Positions 13,801 to 28,035 are shown, counted from the first letter of the stretch. The stretch is DNA of 64,000 bases from Octopus sinensis (GCF_006345805.1 NC_042997.1:122388001-122452000); one strand, 5' to 3'. Notes: a model not told the origin generated them from the letters alone. A program made the numbers and translations.

Positions 13801-14128
13801 ATGGCTATGTGGTAAGAAGTTTGCTTCCCAACTACACGGTTCTGAGTTCACTCCCACTGCATGACAACTCGGACAAGTGTCGTCTACAATAGCGCCGAGG
13901 CCACTGAAGCCTTGTGAATGAATTTGGCAGACAGACAGTGAATGAAGCCTATCGTATATATACACCTCTTAGCAGCAGTTTCTGGGCTCCATATTCCCTG
14001 AACATTAGCGGTTCGGCCAAAAGATTGACCAATAGACTAAGTACTTAGATATATTCGTTCATCTATGACATTTGAAGGCAGCATGTCAGTATATCCGCAA
14101 TCCAATGACTAATACAAGTAAGAGATAA
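13801..14128 (+). mobile_element. SINE family A, old diverged copy
   Basis: atggctatgtggtaagaagtttgcttccca...ttagcggttcggccaaaag...aatgactaatacaagtaagag is collinear with family A. Confidence 0.75.
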
Positions 14129-14280
14129 TAAGCTGAAAGATAAATGGTATAATTCTACAGTTACAATTTGTCCCCAAAATAATACACTTTGTTAACGCCT
14201 TCTCAAAAACCATTGAAATGAACCATAACATTTCTTACATGATGCATCGATATTATTATATTATTAACAATTCTTTCTAC

Positions 14281-14405
14281 ATTTGACACAGGGACAACAA
14301 TTTGTGGTGAGGTGAGAAGGCAATAGCGTCGACCCCAATGTTCAACTGGTACTTGTTTCATCGACTCCCGGAACTATGAAATGAAAAGTACACATCGGTT
14401 ACATT
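14281..14405 (-). mobile_element. SINE family B fragment, highly diverged
   Basis: gtcgaccccaatgttcaactggtacttgtttcatcgac matches the central domain of family B on the minus strand. Confidence 0.5.
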
Positions 14406-16164
14406 TTTATAACTCTGCTAAATCCAGTGTTTAGTATAATTATTCATAATACAGTTCTAGATATAAATAGTACCGCTAGATTATAATGTGCACAAGTTAT
14501 GATAATTATAATAACACTCGTACAGAAATAGAATCTAAATCAACATGTTATGTTTAAATTAATATAGATTTGGACCACTACTTCTAAAAGGAGTTAAATA
14601 CCCTTTATTTATAACATCTTTAATATATATATATACATATATATGTGTGTGTGTGTATAAGCGGTCTTCTTTGTTGATTATTTATAACATAAACTCTAGT
14701 TTAATAGATAAACAATGAATTAATTCATGCGAGAGACGAGTCTCTTTCTTTTCTCTCTTTCTTATTCATATCTCTTCTATATACATTCTATAAATAATTC
14801 TTGTTTTGTTCTTTATATATAAAAATCTATACTTCTTGCCTAATATAGTAAATTAGGTAAATATATTAGATAAAGTGCTTCATATTATTTCTCGGTGCAA
14901 TGTTTTTTTCTGATTTTGTTTTTGTATTTCCGCCATTAATGTTCTTTTTCGTATACGATTTATATATATAAATATTGAGTAATATTTTTGTAAGATCACT
15001 TTGAACTATAAAGATCTTGAATTCAAGAAACATTTGATCTTCTAGAAAGTTAGTATAAAAATGTATAACGATATATTGTACGCTTGAAAATCTCGTGAAG
15101 TTTATTGAATTATAATATTCCTTCTTGATTAAGACCATCTCTCACACATATATAAATTATTGCATGCAGTTTAAGTTAATTAATAGCCGTTTGTATACCA
15201 AAGGACACAGCAACCCACTCGCAGCCATAGAAGATTACAACTTATATTCACCAAAAGTAAGAGTCTAAATATACCCCTTCTCATGCCATGGAGAATAATA
15301 ACCAAGCAGACACCCAACAACATCCAAACAAACATCCAACCGTATGCTACATTTTATACACATTCATATTCTCGGGAGTAAACCGTACAGCATGAAAATA
15401 AATTGTAGCACATGAGCAAAAATAAAATAGTTTATATTCACAATTTCGAATATGTTAGGCTGGAGATCAAAAACCTCATTCTTGTAGAAATTATTATTGT
15501 TAAAGTTAAACCTGACCATTATGTTAGTTAGAAAATGAATACCCGATTTAAAATTACCTAAACTTCTCCGAGGCAAATAAATGTAGATACGGAAACATTT
15601 GAGTGTTACTAATAACCTGAACAATTTCCCTCGCATAATGTGAAGCCTAGGAAGGTGAAGATGAAACGGGAAAATATCATTGTAACTGCGAGATTTTAGT
15701 ATTCTAAGAAGGGAGACAACCAAGCAGTAAAAATTATCGGCTCAACAGTTGAAATCAACTGAAAAGCATTTTCCTCCTTATGTGGCAAGTCATTTAAAGA
15801 AAGTTTTGGAATAACAAACAGAATATCTACTGCGAAAATGACTATAGACTCAGGAATTAGTTAAAATAATATTAAATATCATGTTGATTGTGACTTCTGA
15901 TGGAAAAAATTGATACGGGAGAGACAATATCACAAAGAGCCAGCTGGCACCGGTGAACGACTATGATTTTCACCATCTGTTTCTATGCTTATGGCGACTT
16001 CCCAGCCCGTGGACTGAGCCACATATCCAGTATGTAACTGTTGAATTAATAGACGTCTGCTTCAGCACCCTTAGCTGGTGCTAATTTTCCTCGATGTATA
16101 GTGTGCCGCCTGAACAACCAAAGTGTGAGCCGAACACCTTCATCTCTAGTCACGTGCCCAGTGA

Positions 16165-16165
16165 T

Positions 16166-16197
<32 letters not shown>

Positions 16198-16340
16198 TAT
16201 GTGTATGTGTATATAAATATATATATATATTATATATATATATGTATATATATATGTATATAATATATATATATATATGTATATATATGTATATATATAT
16301 ATGTATATATATATATGTATATATATATATGTATATATAT
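16165..16340. repeat. Interrupted (TA)n microsatellite
   Basis: Direct reading. Confidence 0.95.
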
Positions 16341-16349
16341 AAATGCAGG

Positions 16350-16499
16350 GTACGTTTAAACACATAAGAGATGGCTATCACAGGACATATGACCCTCTAG
16401 AAGGAGTAGTTAAACTCCAAACCACTATTCGAGTTTAACTACTCCTTCTAGAGGATCAGACGTCCTGTTATAAGTCATCTCTTATGTGTTTAAATGTAC
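16350..16499. repeat. Foldback with about 68-bp arms and a 13-nt loop
   Basis: Arms 16350-16417 and 16431-16499. The inner 24 bp are perfect (cctctagaaggagtagttaaactc). Confidence 0.96.
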
Positions 16500-16562
16500 A
16501 ATGTCTTTTTATATGAATAATATATATTCTATTGACTAGTTTTTTCTTCTCGCTAGAAAACT

Positions 16563-16595
16563 GGTAGCAAAAAATTTAGAAAATTTTTTGCTACC
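16563..16595. repeat. Perfect 15-bp inverted repeat, 3-nt loop
   Basis: ggtagcaaaaaattt-aga-aaattttttgctacc. Confidence 0.9.
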
Positions 16596-16600
16596 CTGGA

Positions 16601-16641
<41 letters not shown>

Positions 16642-16699
16642 ATATATATTAACACATACATACAATTACATGTATATGCATGATATCATCCTCCTTCTA

Positions 16700-16880
16700 T
16701 TCATCATTATCATCAGCTGACTGCCATTTTCTATGAACACAGTGGGTTCGTCGAGATCCAACGTCATGTTTACTTTGGTTTAAAATGCTGGATGCTCTTC
16801 CTAAGGCCAAAAACATTACAGTCTGTGCAGTTTGCTTTTCTAGTGCCACGGACAATATTGAAATCACCAAGTAACTTGCA
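16700..16880 (-). mobile_element. Diverged 3' end of an RTE-type LINE/SINE
   Basis: tcatcattatcatca (reverse of a (GAT)n tail), then gctggatgctcttcctaaggccaa, resembling the RTE-type 3' motif gctggatgcccttcctaacgccaa (from memory). Confidence 0.45.
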
Positions 16881-17206
16881 AGACAGAAAGGGACCAAGAA
16901 AAGGAAAAAGAAAGGGCCTTTCGATAAAGTTGGGCTGGAGAATTTGAGGTGTGTATGTGTGTGTATGGAGGGATGTTGCTTTATGCTAGATGGTGAGGGG
17001 TTAATATATAATAGACGAACAATCGCATGTGCCTTGCCACAGAGGGGAAACGTGGCCACTCTATATGTTATAAGAGTGGGTGGAGATGCGGAGGGCCTGA
17101 AAATTATGAGTGCGAAACCAATAGCAGATAAGATGGTGACTTTATAACAACGAATGAATAACTCTACCTCTTAGTCTCGAGGGTTATTTACTTCTGATGT
17201 GTTTGA

Positions 17207-17222
17207 TAATATATAACTGCAC

Positions 17223-17292
<70 letters not shown>
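17207..17292. repeat. (TC)n(TA)n microsatellite
   Basis: Direct reading. Confidence 0.95.
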
Positions 17293-17296
<4 letters not shown>

Positions 17297-18149
17297 AATA
17301 GCTATGTGTCCTTGTATGTGTGTGTACTTGTTCATATATATATATATATATATATATTTTGTATCCATACTCTGAATTTCTTATACATTTCCTTCCCTTT
17401 GTCAATTTATAATGCTTTTATTCTCCCACTGTTGATACGTCTTTTGAACTTGCAGTTATTCCTCCGATAATTTGCCTTGCCTCCTCTTTCATTCTTAGTC
17501 TATTTCACATTCATTCATTCTTGATTCTCTCAATTTCATTTACATTTTTTTCTCTTGGAGTTACAGCTATACATTCATGTATTTTAGGTCCTTTCTTTTA
17601 TTTGCATTGTCGCTTCACATAAGACTTTGTATATTCATAGAATTCTATTATGATTCCAACATCAATACTATTCTCTACTAGTCAGGTAATGCTGCAAAAT
17701 CCGACTTACATTTATCCATTAAGTCCCACAGAATTTCAATTTTCAATTTGTTATTTTGAGTGATATGGGGACAATATAGGAATATCAAGCCTCGATCTAA
17801 TAGGCAGTGTAACTAGCAAGAAACACCAGTCAATTATCTTTGTTCATCACATCGAAACTTCTGTATGAATAAAAGACAATTCAGACAATTTAGTTCTCAA
17901 TAGGCAATGGCAGAGAAAAATAAAGTAATATTCACAGAAAGAAAACACTTTGTCACACGTCCGCTTGATGATAACAGACCCAACATTAAATGACAGCACT
18001 ACCAACTTTTACCATATCACTACAGCTAATCATAGCAGTTATTTGCGGTCAACGACGTTGTACGTCTTTATATTTTTTCTGTCGTTTTATTGTTTTAGCG
18101 CCTCTGTCATAAGCAGTGATTGTTGTCTATAATTTTTACAACACTCACA

Positions 18150-18189
18150 CATACACGTACATACATACATACATACATACATACATACA

Positions 18190-18223
<34 letters not shown>

Positions 18224-18328
18224 CATACATCTATAAAGGCAGTCAGACATATCGATAGATAGAAAGATAGAGACAGATATATAGACAGATAGATAGATAC
18301 ATAGATAGATAGAGACAGATATATAGAC

Positions 18329-18401
<73 letters not shown>
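18150..18401. repeat. (TACA)n followed by (GATA)n tetranucleotide arrays
   Basis: Direct reading. Confidence 0.95.
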
Positions 18402-18403
<2 letters not shown>

Positions 18404-18635
18404 CACTACATTCCATTAGTATTCTCAACCAACACTCACTCAACTTTATGCTAATGTCATATCTAAGAAGTAGCACTGAAACTTGGGCAAATATTACTAC
18501 TACTAGAGCAGTCAGCCGACAGCTATTTATTCGGATGTGCTAGCAACTGTCTGCAAATAGATATACACACACATTCGCTGCACACATATTTCCTAAGATA
18601 ATGCATACTTTTGCAGACATATGTATCCATAGATA

Positions 18636-18682
<47 letters not shown>

Positions 18683-18886
18683 GTGTGTGTATGTGTGTAT
18701 GTGTGCATTTATATATGTATTTGTGTTTTTATATTATACACATAAGGGGGAAAGAGAAATAGGAAGGGATAGGAAAAATAATAAACTCGTAATATATTTT
18801 CTCTCTTCCTCTCTCTCTCTCATAAATATATATATATTTATATATAGAAAAAATATATATATATTATATAATATATATACATATCA

Positions 18887-18939
18887 CCGTCCAACCCATG
18901 CTAGCATGGAAAACGGACGCTAAACGATGATGATGATGA
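18887..18939 (+). mobile_element. Extreme 3' tail of an RTE-type element ending in (GAT)n
   Basis: ccgtccaacccatgctagcatggaaaacggacgctaaacgatgatgatgatg: stem-loop (ccatgc-ta-gcatgg, cgtcc/ggacg) plus tandem tail. Confidence 0.65.
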
Positions 18940-19475
18940 CACAATATATATATATAATATACATATATATATGCATACATAAATGTATACATACATATAT
19001 TTGTATTAACGTGGTCCTTTCACGCACATATATGCATTATATATTTATATACATGCGTGTTTGTGTGTGTGTGAGTGTGTGTGTGTGAGTATGTGTATGC
19101 GTGCATGTGGCAACGTACACATATCTCGACTTAGGTAATTTGGAATTACATCTGTTTCGGATTTGCCCACCAAACGTATTTAAAACACACATGAAAATAT
19201 ATGCAGATACTAGGTAATAATATTTAAAAAAAAATTCTGTTGTGTGACCGAGAGGTAGTTACGTCGTTTTCCGAATTAAGTTGCATATGTCAGGAGCCAA
19301 TTACTGACGTAAGTCAAGGTGCGACTGTATTTGCAAGAATATATAAAAAAAGAATAAATATTTCAGTCTTAGGCAGATAAGTTAATAGCCACCGCATACG
19401 CACACTTAGAATTTGTAAAATCTTTAATATACAACCATTGAGTAATGCATCACCTCAGAGTTTTGCTCTGTAATA

Positions 19476-19540
<65 letters not shown>

Positions 19541-19542
19541 TA

Positions 19543-19664
19543 GGCGTAGGAGTGGCTTCCTTTCGAACCTTAGTACCTTGGGCAAGTGTCTTCTACTATA
19601 GACTCGGGCCGACCAAATCTGTGAGTGGATTTGGTAGACGAAAACTGAAAGACTCCCATCGTGC

Positions 19665-19714
<50 letters not shown>

Positions 19715-19905
19715 GTGAGAGTATGTTTCTGTGTATGTGTTGTCCCCCAACATCGCTTGACAACCGATACTGGTGTGTTTACGTCCCTGTAACTTAGCGG
19801 TTCGGGTTAAGGGACCGATAGAATATGTACTAGGATCGATTTCATCGACTAAAGGCGGTACTTCAGCATGGCCACAGTCACATGACTGAAACAAGTAAAA
19901 GAGTA
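19543..19905 (+). mobile_element. SINE family A with deletions in head and tail, directly after a (TA)n tract
   Basis: ggcgtaggagtggc...ccttgggcaagtgtcttctactatag...catgactgaaacaagtaaaagagta. Confidence 0.88.
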
Positions 19906-21410
19906 TTTATATACATATGCCTTTTGTAGTGATATTAAACAATGCCACATATACATACACACATAGATATAACTTGTGAAAATAATTAAAACCCTTGGTA
20001 TTATATTAGAATAGGAGCATTTAAAGATGTTAATTTTATTATGTTGTTACACCAGTTCGAATTGCTACCACTCGAGACAATTAAGATTTTGAGTCCTTAT
20101 CGAAAACCGGTCACGTAGATTCATTACTAATAATGGTACAAGTATATTTCAGTACATCTTTGAATAATATACATGAGAGAGCAGAAGGCGAGAGCAAGAA
20201 AGAGAAAGACGAATTGATGTTGATAGTGGGAATAAGTTATGAGCTATTTTAAATTTACAGTAGCTGGTTACTCACTATACTGTAGATAAGATCAGATCAA
20301 TTCATCTACGTAGCATTGTTTGATTTCATTAGTTTTAGGAATAGTAAGAGCTGCATTGAAGCTGGGATTCCTCATTACAATTTCACATGTTTCTTGAAAC
20401 TTATAAACAACATCTATATTTGATCCAATGGTAAATGTAAGGTTTTTCAAAGAAAAATGATATTAAAGCAAAAGTGAGGTATATTACAAATTGATTTTGA
20501 AGCATTGGAGATTAAACGTTTCCACAGTGATCAGACTTCCTGTCGCAGTATCATCTCTTTGTTAAGGTCATCATATTCGATCTAGAATAATGCTAGAAAT
20601 GTAGAACAGAAAAGAACAAAAAACCGATATCTTCGGGGCTGCAGCATTGGATAGAAATAGTTCCCTTTATCGCCTGAAATTTAATATTTCACTTTCACTG
20701 TAAAATCAATTACAATCTCCGTCGTTAATTTCTCTTAACATATATTTTTATATCTTCTACGAGTCTCAGCGATCAGCGTGCGGCCAAGCTGGGACATCGC
20801 TTTTACGGGATTTAATTGATAATATCAATGAATTTTGTGATATTCACTTCATATATCTCTTCATATAGAAAATCAAAGAGGAAATTGGCTTGACAGGACC
20901 AACTTGGTTCAATATGAATGCCGTAGGGTATTGTTGTTTCAAGGAACCGGATTATATGGGCGTATGCTTGTAAAACGCTCAGGAACATGTCCATGTGTCC
21001 ATGTGTGTGTATGTGCATGCATGTGAGTGTGTTTGTCCGTGTTTGTGAGTGTGTATATATATATGTATGGACAGGGTGTTGGATTAATCATCGTAAGTCG
21101 TAGATTTGTTTCCTGTTCCTGGCAGCAAGTTCTCTCCATGATCGGGGCAATTTAGCCAACTCAGCTGTAAACTATACCAGCCAACTGCTGGTGTAGCTTT
21201 GTAGCTCTCTCACTCCAGATGTTACATACTGGATGTCCCACTTTGGCTATGGTGAGGAGTTCTGAGATGGGGTCTACATCTATACGCGACTACGTAGTCA
21301 CCAAAAGAACTTTTGGAACCGTGGCACAAGTTACCGTGTCACACACCTGTGATTAATGGCTAAAGGGATTGTCATTAACACGTTTGTTTCATAATCACGT
21401 GAGATTGGGA

Positions 21411-21639
21411 AGGCGCGCTATCAGAAACGTTAGCACGCCGGGCGAAATGCTTAGCGGTATTTCGCCTGCCGTTACGTTCTGAGTTCAAATTCCGCCGAGG
21501 TTGACTTTGCCTTTCATCCTTTTGGAGTCGATTAAATAAGTACCAGTTACGCACTGGAGTCAATATAATCGACTTAATTCGTTTTTCTGTCCTTGTTTGT
21601 CCTCTCTGTGTTTAGCCCCTTATGGGTAGTTAAGAAATA
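21411..21639 (+). mobile_element. SINE family B, tail type 1
   Basis: cagaaacgttagcacgccgggcgaaatgcttagc...gttctgagttcaaattccgccgagg...ctttcatcct...tttagcccc...aagaaata. Near-collinear with 33927-34157. Confidence 0.85.
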
Positions 21640-21641
21640 CA

Positions 21642-21792
21642 TATTTCGTCTGTCTTTATGCTCTGAGTTCAAATTCCGCCTTTTTTTCCTTTCGAGGTCA
21701 ATAAATGAAGTAACAGTTGTGTAATGGTGTCAATCCAATCGACTGCCCCCTCCCCAAAAATTTAGGGCCTTGTGCTTAGAATAGAAAAGAAT
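21642..21792 (+). mobile_element. SINE family B, 5'-truncated, tail type 2, abutting the previous copy
   Basis: tatttcgtctgtctttatgctctgagttcaaattccgcc...ccccaaaaatttagggccttgtgcttagaatagaaaaga. Confidence 0.7.
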
Positions 21793-22268
21793 CACTTGAG
21801 ATTGTGTTCAAAAGAGATTCTTTTCAGATATGAATAAGCAAAAACTATATAATCGTCTCTTAAATATATTATCTCATTGGGTTACGCTGACTCCAGCAGA
21901 AAATTACTTTACATATGCACATAATATAATGCGCAGCCGCCACTTGCACGTCTCTTCACTGTTGTACTCAGTAACTTACAGGTTAATTCCATGACCTTCG
22001 AAGTCCTGTTAATCGTGAAACTGAAATTTCAGGAACGAAAACTTCGGTCGAAATCTAATATTTATGTAATTAAAATTCAGAATCAAATCAATCCAATGTG
22101 GAACTTCGCTGGTAATGAGTAAATAAATCAAATGAGGTTCGAATAAAGAATGAATGCAATGCAAATAAAATTTGCATCAACTCAGGTTCTTTGTCAGAAC
22201 AGAATAGAGGAAAGAAAAAATATTCATTATCCGGTGTTATATTAGATCTTCCATCAAACACCCTGTGA

Positions 22269-22309
22269 CAGTCGTTCTCAACCGAGGCCTATTTGGTTGA
22301 GGAACACTG
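22269..22309. mobile_element. Internally deleted hAT/Charlie-like relic (TIRs only)
   Basis: cagtcgttctcaacc...ggttgaggaacactg resembles the CAGTGGTTCTCAACC TIR. Flanks ccctgtga / ccctagga match at 6/8. Confidence 0.55.
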
Positions 22310-23018
22310 CCCTAGGAGATCTGCCTACCAATCAGTAAACCCACCCCATAATATTTCTGACCACATTCACTTCAACTACACCCACAATTTCACCCATCCA
22401 ACTCTCTGCTCCCTTTTACTCATCCCCTTATCACCGTTTTAGTTCTTCCACTGATCACGCTCTCTACGCAGAACGAATTATATTGGCATCTACACCATTT
22501 TTCCTAACGCTTTCCTTCCACTCATTTTCTCGATTCTCCTTGCCTATGTCAGCTCACAATTTATAACATTCACCCCTACTCCTATCTCAAATCTCTCCTC
22601 GTATCACACTACTCTATTGCAGCCATTTAAACATGAAACATTCCTAATCTTATATCTCTTCTCTTTTGGTACCTCGTCACCACCATTTCTATCAGCTGCT
22701 TCATTTCATCTAACTTATCCATATAAAATGCAATGTAGCCGTAGTCTTCTCTATAACAAAAAATTGTTCCTGTCCGTTATATTCTACTTTAAATTCTAAA
22801 CTCCTCATATACAATCACCTCCCCCTTTATTATGTTCTATGTAAGACAAAGGGTCCCTTTATTGCCGACAGTTGTCAGGCGAATTGGCTTGAGCCAGTGA
22901 TATAAAATAGTGCCATGTAAACTCTCTAACGACATCTATCTGTAGAAACCATGTCAAAACTGAAATGGGGTCAAATCGTCAGTTACATGCTTCCACGGAA
23001 AACGGACGTGAGCTGGAG

Positions 23019-23024
23019 ATATAT

Positions 23025-23090
<66 letters not shown>

Positions 23091-23111
23091 ATATATATAT
23101 ATATATATATC

Positions 23112-23148
<37 letters not shown>
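23019..23148. repeat. Interrupted (TA)n microsatellite
   Basis: Direct reading. Confidence 0.95.
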
Positions 23149-26100
23149 GTATGCCAAGCTTGTGTGTTTAGGTGTGTAAGGTTATGTGAATGGAGTATGC
23201 GGGTTGAGTACGTGTGTGTAAATGAGAGAGTTAATCTAATTATTACGTAAATATGTTTTATTTATAATGAAGCACTTCATGGTACCAATATTTCGAGTCT
23301 AGAGACATTCTTTACAGAGTAACCCACAAGGAAATTCCCAAAATTGAAAAGGTTGGCACCACCGTTAAACCTTAGGTGTATGTTTATTTAAGGAGTTAGG
23401 GAACTGCAGGTTTACGAAGTCCTAAAGGCATCTTTGTTCAAGTGTCGTTGCAGTTGTACTGTTTTGGCCAAAGCAAAGTGATTGAAATACATGTATGTGC
23501 ATGTGTATATGTGTGTGTGTGAGAGAGAAAAATAGATCGTCGAATCGTTTATTTTCTATCACATCATATTCAGTAATGGGAATATATTGGTAACCAGAAA
23601 TTTCAAATCAATAATAACAATAGAAGCATTTTGTCTGTGGAATAATTTGAATTTAAAACAAATCGCCCGTTGACATGAATGCAATCATTGTTTGAAGATA
23701 ACACCAAATATGTACAGTGTGCTGCCTGTCGACCAATGTAATTTATTCTGGTTATGTGCAATGTGTATTTCTATACTAATATTTCAACTGCATATCTCTG
23801 AAGCATATAGTATTGATTTATTTTGCTTGGGCACAATGCATTCTGTAGAGATTGGATGACGTAGTGCTGTGACCTTAGTTCATTGTATTAAATATACTTG
23901 CTTTCGGTACCCTAGGAGAATGAAAGACAAACACTCTTTTGTCTTCATTCGATCACAGATCAAAGAGGCACCAAAATGAGCAATATAAATCACGGAAACT
24001 GGCTCTCGAGTTTCAGCTATTTCCCATTTTATTAAAATATTTTATAAAATCGTGCACACAAAGTCGTTCACACTATATTCTAGTTGATACAGTGCACGAA
24101 ACATGAATAAAAGTCACAAAAGCACCACACACACACACACACACACACTAGGTTCTTTTTTTGTTGTTTGAACACTAATTTCTATAAATTATTTACAAAT
24201 AACAAAATTTTTTTCAATCGACTATAATACATGCTATTCTACACGTTTTTTTTTTCCTTTCTTCCTATAAAGGAAAAAATGTCTCTTTGGTTAGTACTGA
24301 CGTCTTCGTATGCCATTCGAGACAATGCATCAGCACCACTTCGAATAGTTCTTCTGTTTATTGGTTACGGATTAGTGAAATGCTTAAATTATTAGCGCGT
24401 CTGATCTTCTTACAGCATTTGCTCTGGGTCTCGACGCTTCGAATATAAACCCTACTGATGCCATTTACTTCTTCATTTTGGAGTTGAGAAAACTAGCATC
24501 AATTCAGAGCGATGTGTAGGTAAAACTGTTCGACTGTAGGACTTGCTATCTGAACATCTCTTCGCAGTCTCTGAGTTATGATGGAAACACTTCAAATTAT
24601 ATTGATACTAAGCTCCACCGCCTACTAATTTCCCGTTCTACATCTATAACAGAGAAGAGAGAGAGCTCATAGGTGAACCGAGACAGATGCTTTATTAATT
24701 ACAATAATCTAAGAAATAGCATTAAAATTACGCGACGTAAACTACTATCAAATATAAGAGTCTTACTAAAATTTAATTCAACCTTTAAAAATTTCACACC
24801 ACATTGCGCTGTTATCGACTTTACCTATCATCTCAAACTTATCGATAAAATAATTTATATCCCTGCCCATTATTTATCTCCATAACAAGTTTTTGGCCCT
24901 GCACTTGTGTCAAAAATCAATAGAAAATCTATTAACATTAATCACGATCTTAAGTCTTGATGAGCTAAGCGTAGATACTGAAATTTTCATATAATTATGA
25001 TGGACTTCATATATCTCGTTCAAAGAAGCGGTATTAGTTTTCAATAAATAGTTTTCGTTTTCTTTTTATCGTTGCTTGTGTGACTTCTCACTGTTTATAC
25101 CATTAGTCCATATGATATAGAACATGCATTCTCAAAGACATGAGATTTATATTATGGTTAAACACATAATTACAGTGATCCAATTTGAAGGAATTATTCA
25201 CATTTTTACGTTAATTCCAATAAATTCCTTTGGTGTTGCATAATAAACTTACATTAGGAAGCCAATAATATCGAATGTCATTACATGTCTAGAAATACAA
25301 ATATATTTCTTACTGACTGTGAATTTGTGAATGTCTGTCGGCTTGTTTTATATATTTTTTTCGTTTTGCTACATCAATCAATATTATAGTAGATTGTTGA
25401 TATAGATTACTAACTAGATGTTCAACAAGCACGGGTAGTTTGACATTAGCCAATATACAGGTGTGAGGACAATGATTGCACGTACATAGCCATTTAAAAA
25501 TGTCACTCAGTTTTTCGTATGAAGATGATAGAATAATCAATCCAGAGAATCTTTACCAAATTATGGAATCACTGTCTTAATTGGCTGAGGTTTTCACGAT
25601 GTGAAATTAGAATGGATTAAATCAAATATTTAATGTTACATATTAGCCATATTGGAAACATCTCCGGAAACATCAACTCTCACTTGTCCGAAAGGAATGA
25701 TAGCCGCGTCAGTCGCTCTGGTCTTAGATGGTTTGTTGACGCCCGATGGTGTTGCTCTTTTCCGCAGAGTAACCGAAATATAAAATGAAATTACTTAACT
25801 GGTCACATTACATTGCCGCTCCGATATTTCCTGGAATTAAATTCTCAATTGGTCCCTGCTTATGTCAGGTGTAGGTATAGTTAAGTACGAATAAGTAAAA
25901 ACCTTGCTCTAGGAGGAGGGATATCTTGTGCAGATATCTTATTTCTCCGTGGGAGAATGAATAATGAATGATGTGTAAATAAACGGTACTACTGTTGTTT
26001 CAAGCTGTGAATTATACATTTTCTCATGCGTGTTACACTACATAAGTATACTTCATATTTATAAGGTTTCAGGGCTAAGAGTAATAAGAGTTACGTGACG

Positions 26101-26911
26101 TAACCATATTTACCAATATGATTAGGAACACGTTGCTTTTTCCCCTCTTTGGTGGTGGGGCGACACTTTTAAAGAAAAGAAACCGAATCTACTTCACTAA
26201 TAATCTTATCAAAGCAAAAGAAATAGTGTTACTCAAATACAGTCCAGGATTCATCCGGTAAGTTAAAAATTTCTTATTAAATTGAACAATCGGATATTGC
26301 CGAGCGTTTAAATAAAAACGGCATTGAAAAATATTAGATGGAAGTGGGAAAAGTTTGCATTAAATATTCGAATACTTATAAAATCAAATATTCTAATAGT
26401 CCAGTTCATTTATTCGTCCAACTGGGGATCTGTGAATAGAACAATCGCGTGAATAAGGTTTTTTTTTTTGGTTGATTTAATATTGAGATATCCGGATACG
26501 ATATTTTAATTGTGATGTTTTGAGGACGGTTGTTTGATTGTGTTACTTCTGAAAACCACATAAACGCACATGTCAACACGCCTGCACAAAAAATGTATAT
26601 ATTATCTACAGAGACTGCTCCATATCCTTTAGAACCAATATGCATATAGGCTTGAAAGAAAACAAATCGAAATCGGTGCCAAGCTCGCGGAATATTTTTC
26701 GGGCGCGCGTGCGTGCAAACTTGAACAGAATTTCTCGATACATGCTGTATTGGCTATTATTTGGGTGAAACTGTGGGTATATTCTCCGTCGATTCTTATT
26801 TTATCATTGAGTAATGATAGAAAAGTTTTGTTCGCATCACTCCCAGCCACCCATGAGCGCGCGCGCACACACACGTATATATATGCACACACACACACAC
26901 TCACACGCACA

Positions 26912-26956
<45 letters not shown>

Positions 26957-27697
26957 GATATAAAATGGAATTAAAAGGATTCTTTAAAACAACAACAATA
27001 GTATTGTCGTATTATTGTACCTGTAGTTCATAGATAAGATGTTGTGCAGCCAATTATCTTAAAACACAGGTGAAGGCTTCACCTCCTCAGGTGACTGTTT
27101 AAACAAGTTCCTGGCTATATCCTCTCGTAATTTCGCTCTGTTTAATAATGTAAATGTAGATTGATGTGGCAGTCTTGCAGTTCACATACTGAACTAATCG
27201 TAGATTCAAAGAATGATGAGGTACACATTCAATAAAAAAATGAAAGTATTCAGATAAAAAATACATAGATAAAAAGTCGATAAATGAAAACAAAATAAAG
27301 ATATAAATGATAATATAACGAATGCTAAAAGTGTTTGTTTACCTATAAATAGTGAGAGGATATAGCGAGGAACTTCTTTAAACACTTACATAAGGAGTAG
27401 CATTCTACATTTGGGATGTAAGATAATTGACTGCGCATCTGACTTACGGAGTATACAGGTGCGAGAATGCGTTTAAACAATTGTAGTGGTTTTTTAAATA
27501 AAGAATCTCGCTAGTTCCACCTTCTGTCTTTCATATATTTATATAAACTCTACGGACACTATGGAACACGTGAACTATAACCAGTAGCATGTGCATGTTT
27601 GCTGCATGTTGTCTTCAGGTAGCCAATAACCGTGACGAAATTTGCACTGCATTCTACAAGGTTTTTACTCAAAACTCATTTAACTGTGTGTGTGATT

Positions 27698-27728
<31 letters not shown>

Positions 27729-27953
27729 TTTGGGGGATTAATCGATATGCGGGTATTCTATTTCAGATAATAAAAAAAATAACCTAATGAGTATATCTTA
27801 CTCATGGTATCAGTTTGCGCATCGCGAAATAATACTTAAAGGATATAACCAAATTTCCAGCTGGGTATATATACAAAAAACCCCAAGGTACAATATGTAG
27901 ATGCATATAACTTTGTAGGGTTACACCTGACTGATTTGGAAAATTGTTTTCCC

Positions 27954-27957
<4 letters not shown>

Positions 27958-28032
<75 letters not shown>
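27958..28032. repeat. (TA)n microsatellite with inverted flanks
   Basis: Direct reading. Confidence 0.95.
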
Positions 28033-28035
<3 letters not shown>

